In this document: one piece after another, positions 39,978-48,513 of the stretch
Layout of the letters: every line of letters begins with the position of its first letter
Numbering within the stretch: position 1 is the stretch's first letter
NCBI GenBank assembly: GCA_900548005.1
Contig: URIZ01000009.1
Coordinates: 2,130 to 66,129 of the forward strand
DNA length: 64,000 nt
Direction: 5' to 3'
From: an uncultured Eubacteriales bacterium
Lineage (GTDB): Bacteria; Bacillota; Clostridia; Christensenellales; CAG-917
Notes under the pieces: model-generated
Seen by the model: the letters and a program-made list of their open reading frames with translations, nothing else
Databases searched by the model: none
Told to the model about the DNA's origin: nothing
Position numbers and translations under genes: made by a program

Positions 39978-40097
39978 TGACGTTTGCGTTGTCGTCATTG
40001 CTTTGTCAAGCGTTGCGTTGCCGCAATCGTTTTGTCAAACGTTGCGTTGTCGGCTTTGCTTTGTCAAACGCAAAGTTTTGCAGGCATTGCCGCCGCC
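39978..40097. repeat. about four tandem ~29-30-nt direct repeats
   Basis: GTCAA(A/G)CGTTGCGTTG(Y)CG...TTGCTTT units between the membrane-protein gene stop and the cdaA start. Confidence 0.6.
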
Positions 40098-40100
40098 CGA

Positions 40101-41000
40101 TTATATATCAAACTCGTCAAAGACGTGTTGATCATCCTTTTCTTTTGTTTTGACGTGCTGATGTTCAAACTCGGCAAAGGTGTCGCCGGTGTCGTTGCGT
40201 TGCGTATAGCCGCTTTGTCTTTGGTCTTCGGGGTGCTTTTTGAAATAGTTTTCTCTTGTGTCCGCTCCCCTATATTGCGCGGCTTGTTTTTTGAGCAAGG
40301 TGGCAACGACTATATCCGCGATGAGATATGCAAAATACACGCAAATCGCCACGATTGACGAGTACACTTGCACGGGTGCGGTGAGATAGTCCACATAGTA
40401 GCCCATCTCTTTGAGATATGCGACAAGCTCTTGAGTGACGTTTGTGTTTGCGCCGATAGAAACTATGGTGAGATTTTCGCTGAGCACCGAAAGCCCCAAC
40501 ACCAGCATGAACACCACCGAATACACAGTGAAACTGTTTGCTCTCTCAACGGGATTGAGATTGTATATCTTCTTGAACACGCAAAAGAACATCACAAGCA
40601 TCGCCGCCGGCAACGCCGTCACCGTGTAGAGCGTGGAAGTGACAACGTAAACTGCGGGTTGCAAAATGGCAAAACAGTCGATGATTCCGTTGACAAGGCG
40701 CACCGCCGCGACAAACATCATCACCCAGCCGCAAAAATCCGTGCGAGAGATATAGTTTGAGTGACGTCTTGCGCAGATATACCACATCACAAGCGCAAGC
40801 AAGAACGTGACTGCCATCGGCACAAGCCCGTAGCTGAAAATGCCGAGCAACACTTGCGTTGCCACTTGCACGCCGCTCATCCCCACTCCGACCATTTTTG
40901 TAAGCTCGTTGTAGATGGGATAGATGTTGCTAAAAAACGTTGCAAACAGCAATCCGAGCCAAATCCATACGAAATATTTTTTGTCTATCTTGTTTTTCAT
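40101..41000 (-). CDS. uncharacterised multi-pass membrane protein with a charged C-terminal tail
   Basis: 299-aa hydrophobic ORF. No family recognised. Confidence 0.5.
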   Translation of the reverse strand: MKNKIDKKYFVWIWLGLLFATFFSNIYPIYNELTKMVGVGMSGVQVATQVLLGIFSYGLVPMAVTFLLALVMWYICARRHSNYISRTDFCGWVMMFVAAVRLVNGIIDCFAILQPAVYVVTSTLYTVTALPAAMLVMFFCVFKKIYNLNPVERANSFTVYSVVFMLVLGLSVLSENLTIVSIGANTNVTQELVAYLKEMGYYVDYLTAPVQVYSSIVAICVYFAYLIADIVVATLLKKQAAQYRGADTRENYFKKHPEDQRQSGYTQRNDTGDTFAEFEHQHVKTKEKDDQHVFDEFDI

Positions 41001-41009
41001 AAAACTCCT

Positions 41010-41987
41010 TTATATCGTGAGCAGTTGCAATATTGCCTCATGTATCGCGCTCAAATCGTTTCTTGCGCCGGTGAGCACGTCGCACTGCAAAGAGTGCAGA
41101 TAGTCAACGCACTTTTTGAGCCTGACTTGCGAATAATTCGATGACGTTTTTCTCAAAAAGTACACCGCGCCCGACTTCATGCCAAGCAATTTGCCGAGTT
41201 CTTCATTGGTGAGATTTTTGTTGAGTTCCGCATGCAACATATTGCGATATTTGTCGTATAGCCTGTTGATGATCGTCACGCCGCGTATACCGTTTTTGAA
41301 GAACACGTCAAGCACTTCTATCGCCTTGTTTGCGTCCTTGTCGCTCACGGCATTGGCAAGCTCGTATATCTGAAAATCGATGTCCGCGCTCACCATATCG
41401 CACACGTCTTGTTTTGTGATCGTGTTTTGAGAGTAGGATTTGAGTTTTGCAATCTCGCTGACGATCCTTGACATATTGCCTTGCGTCCTGTCAACAAGCT
41501 CGCCTACCGCCGCGCGCTCTATAGATATGGACGGCGGCTCGTTGCAAAGCCGCTCTATCATAGAGTGAAGCTCATCACCCGCAAGTTTTGAGCAATCGAC
41601 CGTTTGCGCCTTCTTGCTCTTTATCGTCTTTGCCACGTCTTCGGGGCAGGATATGACAAGCACGGTGGTGTCGCTAGGCTCGGTCAAATACTTGTCAAGC
41701 AAGTTTTTGTCGCTTTCGCCAAGCGCGTTTTCAAGGCTCAAAACAACCACTTTTCTCTCGTCGAATACGGGGAAAGTGTACGCAGAATCCACCGCCGCCG
41801 ACACTGCGCCGTCGCCCGAAATCACGCTAAGATTGAAATCGGCATACTCGGGCGCAACGAGATTTTTGAAAGACTTTATCGCGCTGGACACAAGATAATC
41901 GTCGTCGCCCGTCACGATATAAGCCGCGCAAAATTTGTCGCCGCTCAAACAAGAATCGAGATGTTTTTTGAGTTCTCCGAATTTCAT
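41010..41987 (-). CDS. holA: DNA polymerase III delta subunit
   Basis: 325 aa. N-terminal clamp-loader-like region (AAYIVTGDDDYL) and length/pattern typical of HolA. Confidence 0.75.
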   Translation of the reverse strand: MKFGELKKHLDSCLSGDKFCAAYIVTGDDDYLVSSAIKSFKNLVAPEYADFNLSVISGDGAVSAAVDSAYTFPVFDERKVVVLSLENALGESDKNLLDKYLTEPSDTTVLVISCPEDVAKTIKSKKAQTVDCSKLAGDELHSMIERLCNEPPSISIERAAVGELVDRTQGNMSRIVSEIAKLKSYSQNTITKQDVCDMVSADIDFQIYELANAVSDKDANKAIEVLDVFFKNGIRGVTIINRLYDKYRNMLHAELNKNLTNEELGKLLGMKSGAVYFLRKTSSNYSQVRLKKCVDYLHSLQCDVLTGARNDLSAIHEAILQLLTI

Positions 41988-42229
41988 ACTTTCATCGCGC
42001 CCACGCGCGTGTCCTACGATTTAGTTATATTATATGATAACATCAAATAGTCGTTTTGTAAATAAGGCGCGGATTAAAAAAAAATTTTAACCGCCTTTTA
42101 ATCTTGCCAAAAACGCGTTTTATGCCCCTATTTTGCAACTTGCGATGCAATCGGCAAAACAAAAACCGCCGAACATGTCGGCGGTCTTTGCTGTTTGACG
42201 GTTATCAAAACACAAAAGGGAAAAACAAA

Positions 42230-43393
42230 TTAGAGTGCGATTTCAACATCGCTTATGGGGTACGCCTTGCAAGAGTGGATGTATCCGAACATCTCGTCTG
42301 CGTGACGGAGCAACACTCCGCGCGGCATAAACACCTTGCCCGAAACAAGTTTCACTCTGCAAAGAGAGCACTCGCCCGATCTGCAACACACGTTGACTCT
42401 GATGCCCGCTCTTTCAAGAGCGCACAAGATAGACTCGTTGCATTTTGCGTCGATCACCTTGTCGCCCACTTTGAGCTTGAAGGTTTCTTCGCCCGTGAGC
42501 TCTTGGGGGAATCCCGGCTCGTTTTGGATGTCTTGGCGCGCGCCGAACATCTCGCGGCGAATGTCGCGGTGACGGACGTTCAAAGACTGCAATGCCTCCA
42601 CGCAAAAGTCCGTCATCACTTGCGGTCCGCAAAGATAGAACGTGGTTTTGTCAAGGTCTTTGACCACTTCTTTGATGCACTTTGCGTCAACAAAACCTTG
42701 TCTGTCGCCGCCCTTTGCGTCCTTGTCGGACAGCACCAAAGTGTATTTGAAGTTGGGATATTTGCTTGCAAACTTTTTGAGTTCTTCATTGAAGATTGCA
42801 ACTTCGGCATTTCTTGCGCCGTACAAGAGATAAATCTCTCTGTCAAGACCTTTTTCAAGCACTTCTCGTATCATTGACATAAACGGAGTGATGCCCGAAC
42901 CGCCCGCAAGGAACACCGAACGCTTGTAGTGGAAGACGGGGTTGAAGTGGAACACGCCCGCAGGGCCGTTGGCTTGGAGAGTGTCACCAACCTTTGCCTT
43001 GTCCAAGAAATAGTCGGACACAAAGCCGTCCTTGATGCGAGCCACGGTGATTTCATAATAGGCTCTTTGTCTTGGGGACGAGCAGATAGAATAAGGACGA
43101 GTGGTTCTCACGCCGTCGATTTCCACCGCAACGTTGATGTATTGTCCCGCTTCAAACGGCGGAAGGTATCCGTCTTCGCTGACAAAGCGAATGGTCTTTG
43201 CGTCTTTGGTGGCGCAAGTGATCTCGGATATTTTGAGATTGAGAATTGCAGGGTGAAGTTGATTGACGATTCTTTGCGTTCTGTTTTTGTCAAGAGAAAA
43301 GTCTTTGCCCACTTTTTCGAAAACGGCGATTTCGTTGAGAATATTCTTGCCGTTTTTCATCGTGCCGATGAGAGTTTCTTTTATGGTTTTCAT
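42230..43393 (-). CDS. FNR-like FAD/NAD(P)-binding oxidoreductase with a C-terminal 2Fe-2S ferredoxin domain
   Basis: RPYSICSSP (FAD), LAGGSGITPFMSM (NAD) and CRSGECSLCRVKL (plant-type 2Fe-2S). Confidence 0.8.
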   Translation of the reverse strand: MKTIKETLIGTMKNGKNILNEIAVFEKVGKDFSLDKNRTQRIVNQLHPAILNLKISEITCATKDAKTIRFVSEDGYLPPFEAGQYINVAVEIDGVRTTRPYSICSSPRQRAYYEITVARIKDGFVSDYFLDKAKVGDTLQANGPAGVFHFNPVFHYKRSVFLAGGSGITPFMSMIREVLEKGLDREIYLLYGARNAEVAIFNEELKKFASKYPNFKYTLVLSDKDAKGGDRQGFVDAKCIKEVVKDLDKTTFYLCGPQVMTDFCVEALQSLNVRHRDIRREMFGARQDIQNEPGFPQELTGEETFKLKVGDKVIDAKCNESILCALERAGIRVNVCCRSGECSLCRVKLVSGKVFMPRGVLLRHADEMFGYIHSCKAYPISDVEIAL

Positions 43394-43394
43394 A

Positions 43395-43592
43395 TTACTT
43401 CATCTCCTTCAAAATTCTGTTTGCGATCTTGTTGCCGTACATATAGTTCGGGCCGAAACCGCAAGTGTTCACCCAGCCTGACGCGAAATAGAGATTGTCG
43501 ATAAACATCTCTTGCGGGAAGAAAAACACGGAAGATTTGAGGTTCTGTTCATAGCCGTAAATCGCTCCGCCCGGGTGATGCAAATATCTCAT
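43395..43592 (-). pseudogene. 3' remnant of a CrtI-like NAD(P)/FAD-dependent oxidoreductase gene
   Basis: Only the C-terminal ~65 aa (HHPGGAIYGY...NLYFASGWVNTCGFGPNYMYGNKIANRIL) are present. The upstream sequence is the repeat element and then the next gene's stop. Confidence 0.5.
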
Positions 43593-43741
43593 GTGCGTAA
43601 TTAGAAGAACAATAAGCCTAATGCGGCTCTCGGCGTTGCTTGCTTGCAAGCGATGCCGTTGCCGCAATGACGGCTTTTGTTCGGGCGTACATGAGTTTAC
43701 GGGAGCATGGCTCTAACGCAGTTATTCGCTAAATAGTGCGC
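43593..43741 (-). repeat. rearranged hairpin element copy with a 63-nt apical insertion, abutting the ABC ATPase stop codon
   Basis: The right half is nearly identical to the 55.4-kb copy (GTACATGAGTTTACGGGAGCATGGCTCT..GTTATTCGCTAAATAGTGCGC). The left outer-stem partner is missing. CCTAATG and GTACATGAG are separated by 43624-43686. Confidence 0.7.
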
Positions 43742-44809
43742 TCACAGAACTTTGGAGAGGAAATCGCGCAACCTCTCACTCTCCGGGTTTTCGAAAATCT
43801 GTTGAGGAGTGCCTTGTTCGAGAATTTTGCCTTCTGCCATGAAGAAGATTTTGTCGGCGACTTCACGGGCGAATGCCATTTCGTGAGTGACGATGAGCAT
43901 GGTCATACCCTTGTTTGCGACACGCTTGATGAGATCGAGCACTTCACCGACCATCTCGGGATCGAGAGCGGACGTGGGCTCGTCGAAGAGCAAGACTTTG
44001 GGGGACATGGCAAGGGCGCGCGCGATTGCGACGCGTTGCTTTTGACCGCCGGAAAGCGTGGACGGATAGACGTCGGCTTTGTCGGACAAACCGATGCTTT
44101 CAAGCAGCTTGTCGGCGGTGATTGACGCGGCCTTTTTGATCTCTTTCTTGCTTGTGAATTGCAAAGGAGCAACGCTCTTTTGAGCAAAGGGAACGGTGCG
44201 ACCGATTTTGCGTTCGAGATTTTCCACTTTGTCGGTGAGAGCGAGCTTTTGTTTTGTGAGTTTTTTGTCGTAAGTGGCAAAGGGTTTGCCGCCGACATAC
44301 TTGATTGTTTTTGTTTCGTCCCACGCAGAAACGATAGGTTTAAGTTTGGTTTTGTAGTCTTCAAGTTGCGTTTGCAGCAAAACAAGCTTTTTGTCGATAT
44401 GCTTGTTGTATGCGTTGCCAAAGGCTTTGAACCATGCGTTGTGCAAAGGCACAAAAACGTTTTTAAGGCGAGTAAGGCGCATGTTTTTCACGCCGATTTG
44501 CACTGGCGCAAGCATGATATTTTCTTTGACGGTCATGTTGGAAAACAGGTTGAATTGTTGAAAAACCATACCCATTTTTTCACGCTGACGATTGATGTCC
44601 ACCTTCAAGTCCGCAAGGTCAACGCCGTCAAAAATGATCTTGCCCGCATTGGGGTCTTCAAGGCAGTTCAGACAGCGCAAAAATGTGGATTTGCCGCTGC
44701 CACTCGGGCCGATGATGGCAACCGTTTCCCCTTCTTCGATGCTTGCGGAGATGTCGTCAAGCACGAGAAGATCGCCGTATTTTTTTGTGAGATTGTATAC
44801 GTCTATCAT
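43742..44809 (-). CDS. amino-acid ABC transporter ATP-binding protein with a ~105-aa insertion
   Basis: [33 protein letters not shown] and LFDEPTSALDPE. An extra segment lies between the Q-loop region and the signature motif. Confidence 0.9.
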   Translation of the reverse strand: MIDVYNLTKKYGDLLVLDDISASIEEGETVAIIGPSGSGKSTFLRCLNCLEDPNAGKIIFDGVDLADLKVDINRQREKMGMVFQQFNLFSNMTVKENIMLAPVQIGVKNMRLTRLKNVFVPLHNAWFKAFGNAYNKHIDKKLVLLQTQLEDYKTKLKPIVSAWDETKTIKYVGGKPFATYDKKLTKQKLALTDKVENLERKIGRTVPFAQKSVAPLQFTSKKEIKKAASITADKLLESIGLSDKADVYPSTLSGGQKQRVAIARALAMSPKVLLFDEPTSALDPEMVGEVLDLIKRVANKGMTMLIVTHEMAFAREVADKIFFMAEGKILEQGTPQQIFENPESERLRDFLSKVL

Positions 44810-44820
44810 TTTCCGCCCCT

Positions 44821-45561
44821 TTATGCCTCAACGCCTTTTGCGGCGCGTTTTTGAGATTTCGACTCGCGCTTTTCGCTCTTGCGAAGTCTGCGTTCGACAA
44901 GTTTGATGACAAGCGTGATCAAGCCCACGATCACAAGATACACCAGTGCAAGCACGATGTACGGCACCATGTATTCATAGGACGAAGACGCCAAAGCTTT
45001 GAACGCTTGCGTCAAGTCGCACACGGATATAAAGCCTGCAACCGACGTGTCTTTGACAAGCGCGATAAGCTCGTTGCCAAGGGCGGGAAGGCTGTTTTTG
45101 AACGCTTGGGGCAGGACGATACGCAGCATTGCGGACGGATATGACAATCCGAGCGCTCTGCCCGCTTCGAGCTGACCTTTGTCAACGCTCATGATGCCGC
45201 TGCGCACGATCTCACTGACGTATGCGCCGCTGTTGAGCCCAAATGTGACGATTGCCACGACGAGCTTGTCTATATTGACGTGCATGAGCGGAAAGATCAC
45301 GTAGTATATCAAAAGCAACTGCACAACAATCGGCGTGCCACGGAACAAGAACACGTACACGTCGCCGATTTTGGACAGAAAATTGAGAAAACCGTTGCGC
45401 TTGGATGCGACCTTGACGATTGCAATCAGCGAGCCTATCGCAATGCCGATCAGAAAGCCGAAAATCGCGATATACGCCGTGTTGCCAAAGCCTTCAAACA
45501 CTTTTTTGTAGCCTTCGTTGACGATGAACGAGCGAAGGAACGTCTGCCACTTTAATGCCAT
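44821..45561 (-). CDS. amino-acid ABC transporter permease (His/Glu/Gln/Arg/opine family)
   Basis: EAGRALGLS EAA-loop motif, 5 TMs and a basic C-terminal tail. Confidence 0.9.
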   Translation of the reverse strand: MALKWQTFLRSFIVNEGYKKVFEGFGNTAYIAIFGFLIGIAIGSLIAIVKVASKRNGFLNFLSKIGDVYVFLFRGTPIVVQLLLIYYVIFPLMHVNIDKLVVAIVTFGLNSGAYVSEIVRSGIMSVDKGQLEAGRALGLSYPSAMLRIVLPQAFKNSLPALGNELIALVKDTSVAGFISVCDLTQAFKALASSSYEYMVPYIVLALVYLVIVGLITLVIKLVERRLRKSEKRESKSQKRAAKGVEA

Positions 45562-45569
45562 ATCACACC

Positions 45570-46481
45570 TTACTTGTTGAAGTTTTTGAGAAGATTGATT
45601 GCGATCGCCTTGTCCACGATGACGTAATCGATGTTGCCGTTGAGCATGGATTGCACCGCAAGTCCCGGGGATTCGAAGCCGCTGAACTCCACGTTTTTGT
45701 AGCCCGCAAAGCCCAAAGACTCGTTGCCGTATACGTATTGTTGCCCGGTAGTCCCCACTTGACCGCCGATTTTTGCACCTTTCAAAGATGCGAGCGCATT
45801 TTCAAATTCAGCCTTTGACGAGCAATAGTCAAAAGGCGTGACAGCGGCGGCTCTTGCAATCAGCACTTGTGTCGTGTCAAAATAGGGATCGGAAAAGTTG
45901 ACGATTTTGGCGCGGTCTTCCGAAATGGTGAGAGCCGCCATGCCGATGTCAAACTCATCCTTGGTTTCGACTGCCGTCACCACCGCATCGAAGTCCATGT
46001 GAACGACAACGAGCGTTTTGCCAAGCTCGTCTGCGATGAGCTGCGCGATCTCGATGTCGATACCCGCGATTTTTGAGCCGTTGTAATACTCAAACGGCGC
46101 AAAATCGATGTTGGTTGCCACCACAAACTCGTTGTCGCTACCGCTTGGCGTGGTCTTGATGTCCGCCGAGCCGAAAGCGGAAAGCTGATCGCTCGTTGCA
46201 TTGAGATATTTGTCCTTGATTGCGTCGATTTGCTCTTTTTTGTCTTTGAGCACCGCATTGACGGACTCTTTGAGCGTGTCCGCGGATTTTTTGAAGATGA
46301 AAGCATACTGCTCGCTTGACAGCTCCACGTTGAACATATTTATTTGCTTTGCGCTCAACGCCGACAAGTCGCATGCGGCGAGCGAGATGCAACACACGCA
46401 CACAACGACGATTGCAAGAATTGAAGTGATGATTTTTGCTTGTTTTTTCATATTTTTATCTCCGTATGATTCGATTGACAA
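45570..46481 (-). CDS. amino-acid ABC transporter substrate-binding lipoprotein
   Basis: Signal peptide with LAAC lipobox and an SBP_bac_3-like body (VVATNIDFAPFEY...DIEIAQLIADELG). Confidence 0.85.
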   Translation of the reverse strand: MSIESYGDKNMKKQAKIITSILAIVVVCVCCISLAACDLSALSAKQINMFNVELSSEQYAFIFKKSADTLKESVNAVLKDKKEQIDAIKDKYLNATSDQLSAFGSADIKTTPSGSDNEFVVATNIDFAPFEYYNGSKIAGIDIEIAQLIADELGKTLVVVHMDFDAVVTAVETKDEFDIGMAALTISEDRAKIVNFSDPYFDTTQVLIARAAAVTPFDYCSSKAEFENALASLKGAKIGGQVGTTGQQYVYGNESLGFAGYKNVEFSGFESPGLAVQSMLNGNIDYVIVDKAIAINLLKNFNK

Positions 46482-46723
46482 TCATAACAACTTTTGCATA
46501 TTTTTGCAACTGATTTTGCATATTTTTCAAATATTTTTTTATTTTTATGCAATATTATTTTTTATTCGGTATTTTTATGCAATAACTTGCGATTTTTATG
46601 CAAATATGCAATTTTAGCGGCGGAAAATAGAAAAATTGACGATTGACTACGCCTGATATATTGATATAATATTTATGACAAACTTGTTTTGAAAACGTAA
46701 CGGTTTTCTCAAAAGGAGCAATC

Positions 46724-47530
46724 GTGCCACGCATAACCACCTTCTATTTGTCAGCGCAAGCAAAAATGCTCGAAAGAGCCAAGCGCACGTTTGAAAGCAA
46801 CTTTGACGGCGAGATAGAATTTATCGTTTTCTGCATAGACGAACCCGTGATTTCGCAAGGTGCGATAGACACGGCAAAAACATCGGATGCCGTGTGGTAT
46901 TTTGCACCGCACTTTACAAGCGCAAACGCTCCGCTGTCTGTGATACGCAAAAGTCTGTCCCTTTTTGCAAGCGTGCAAACCGTGGGAGATGAGAGTGACA
47001 GAGAGTGCTTTGTCTGCGATGAGAGCCGCTTCCCCGAAAGCTCGTTTTCATCGAGTGACGCATTCGGACGACAAGCGCAAGATATAAGCACGCTCAGCGA
47101 GATAGAGCTTGAAAAGGTGTTGCGCATCGCATACGAGCTTGCCGAGCTGTACGCGCAAGACTTGACGCTTGTTCTGCCCATAGAGCCGACCGCCGTATCG
47201 AGCCTTTGGCGCAAGATTGCCTACGACATCTCAGAAGACTATCCCTTTGTGTCCGTTGAAGTGCTAAACAGCGTGGAAGCAACCGCGCGCTTGTCAGTCG
47301 GCAACGATGCAAAAGTGTATGTGGGCATGCGCGAGCAACTTCTGCCCCTTTGCACCCTGTCCAAAACTTTGTCGGGCGCGCCAACGTCTTCGATGAGCCT
47401 TGGCGAGACCACACTCGGCTCGTACGAGTGCTTTGCAAGTGGCGATATGTTTGCGCTTAAAGCCGTTGTGCAAAACACGCTGACTTTCTCGTTCGGTCTT
47501 CCGACAAACATTGACAATATTGCAGAATAA
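46724..47530 (+). CDS. divergent isocitrate/isopropylmalate dehydrogenase-like protein (possibly non-catalytic)
   Basis: GTG start after AAAGGAG. DAVWYFAP...IRKSLSLFASVQTV and LEKVLRIAYELA...SLWRKIAYDISEDYPFVSVE follow the IDH/IMDH family order. It is only 268 aa, and I could not find the usual substrate/metal motifs. Confidence 0.4.
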   Translation: MPRITTFYLSAQAKMLERAKRTFESNFDGEIEFIVFCIDEPVISQGAIDTAKTSDAVWYFAPHFTSANAPLSVIRKSLSLFASVQTVGDESDRECFVCDESRFPESSFSSSDAFGRQAQDISTLSEIELEKVLRIAYELAELYAQDLTLVLPIEPTAVSSLWRKIAYDISEDYPFVSVEVLNSVEATARLSVGNDAKVYVGMREQLLPLCTLSKTLSGAPTSSMSLGETTLGSYECFASGDMFALKAVVQNTLTFSFGLPTNIDNIAE

Positions 47531-47652
47531 GCGTTTTAGCACGCAAAAACCGCAATGTAAAACCTTGTTTATGCAAAAATCCCGCAAAGTTTGCGGGATT
47601 TTTCTTGTTTTATCATAGAATACGAATTGCTATATTTTCAAGGACTTGTTTG

Positions 47653-48303
47653 TCAGTCGTCCTTTCTGTTGGATTGAATTTGAAGGCTCAAAAGCGCAAG
47701 GGACGACGCAAGGTCTTCGTTCTTGAGAGCAACGTTTGAGGGGATGTTGAGATGGACGGACGCAAAATTCCATATTGCCTTTATGCCTGCCGCAACCATT
47801 CTGTCCGCCACTTCTTGGGCGGCGTATGACGGCACGGTGATGATGCCGATCTGGATGTTGAATCTTGCCACGATGCTTTGAAGTTTGCCAACGTCATAGA
47901 CGGGCTTGCCATTGATTTTTGTGTTGACAAGTCGCTCGTTGTTGTCAAAAGCCGCAACGATGTTCAAGCCGTAGTTTTCAAAACCGCCGTATCCCAAGAA
48001 CGCTTTTCCGAGACCACCCACGCCCACGAGAATCGCATCGTGCGTGTTGTTATATCCCAAAAAGCCTTCGAGATCCGCAATGATTTCCTTTGTGACGTAG
48101 CCCATCTTCGGCTTGCCCGCCACGCTTGAAACAAGCGCGATGTCCTTTCTCACCTGCACGGGATTGAGATTGAGCCCGTTTGCGATTGTGGTGCTTGACA
48201 CAGTCGCCACGTTGAGTTTGTCGAGTTGATAGAGATATTTCAGATAGGACGGCAAGCGGTTGAGCGTTGCTTTGGAGATGTCCTTGTTGTCAATCGTCGT
48301 CAT
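47653..48303 (-). CDS. rex: redox-sensing transcriptional repressor Rex
   Basis: ISKATLNRLPSYLKYL winged helix and GVGGLGKAFLGY Rossmann motif. Start at ATG 48303. Confidence 0.85.
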   Translation of the reverse strand: MTTIDNKDISKATLNRLPSYLKYLYQLDKLNVATVSSTTIANGLNLNPVQVRKDIALVSSVAGKPKMGYVTKEIIADLEGFLGYNNTHDAILVGVGGLGKAFLGYGGFENYGLNIVAAFDNNERLVNTKINGKPVYDVGKLQSIVARFNIQIGIITVPSYAAQEVADRMVAAGIKAIWNFASVHLNIPSNVALKNEDLASSLALLSLQIQSNRKDD

Positions 48304-48513
48304 ATACACACTCCGTATTTTTTTATCGTTAAAAATATATCCCTTTTCGCAACCGATTGTCAAGTTTTTATCGATATATTTCAAATATCGTTCGATTTTT
48401 ACAAATTTTTGTCACATTTTTGTCAATATCGATAAATTTTTGTTTTGCAACCCACCAAAAAAGCGACACCGCACAGGCATCGCCTTTTCAACCAAACGGA
48501 TTACACTCCGTTT

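Noticed and set aside
43395-43667. Intact 90-aa gene
   Set aside because: Only the C-terminal two-thirds resembles a flavoprotein C-terminus. The N-terminal third translates the repeat element. It is treated as a gene remnant.
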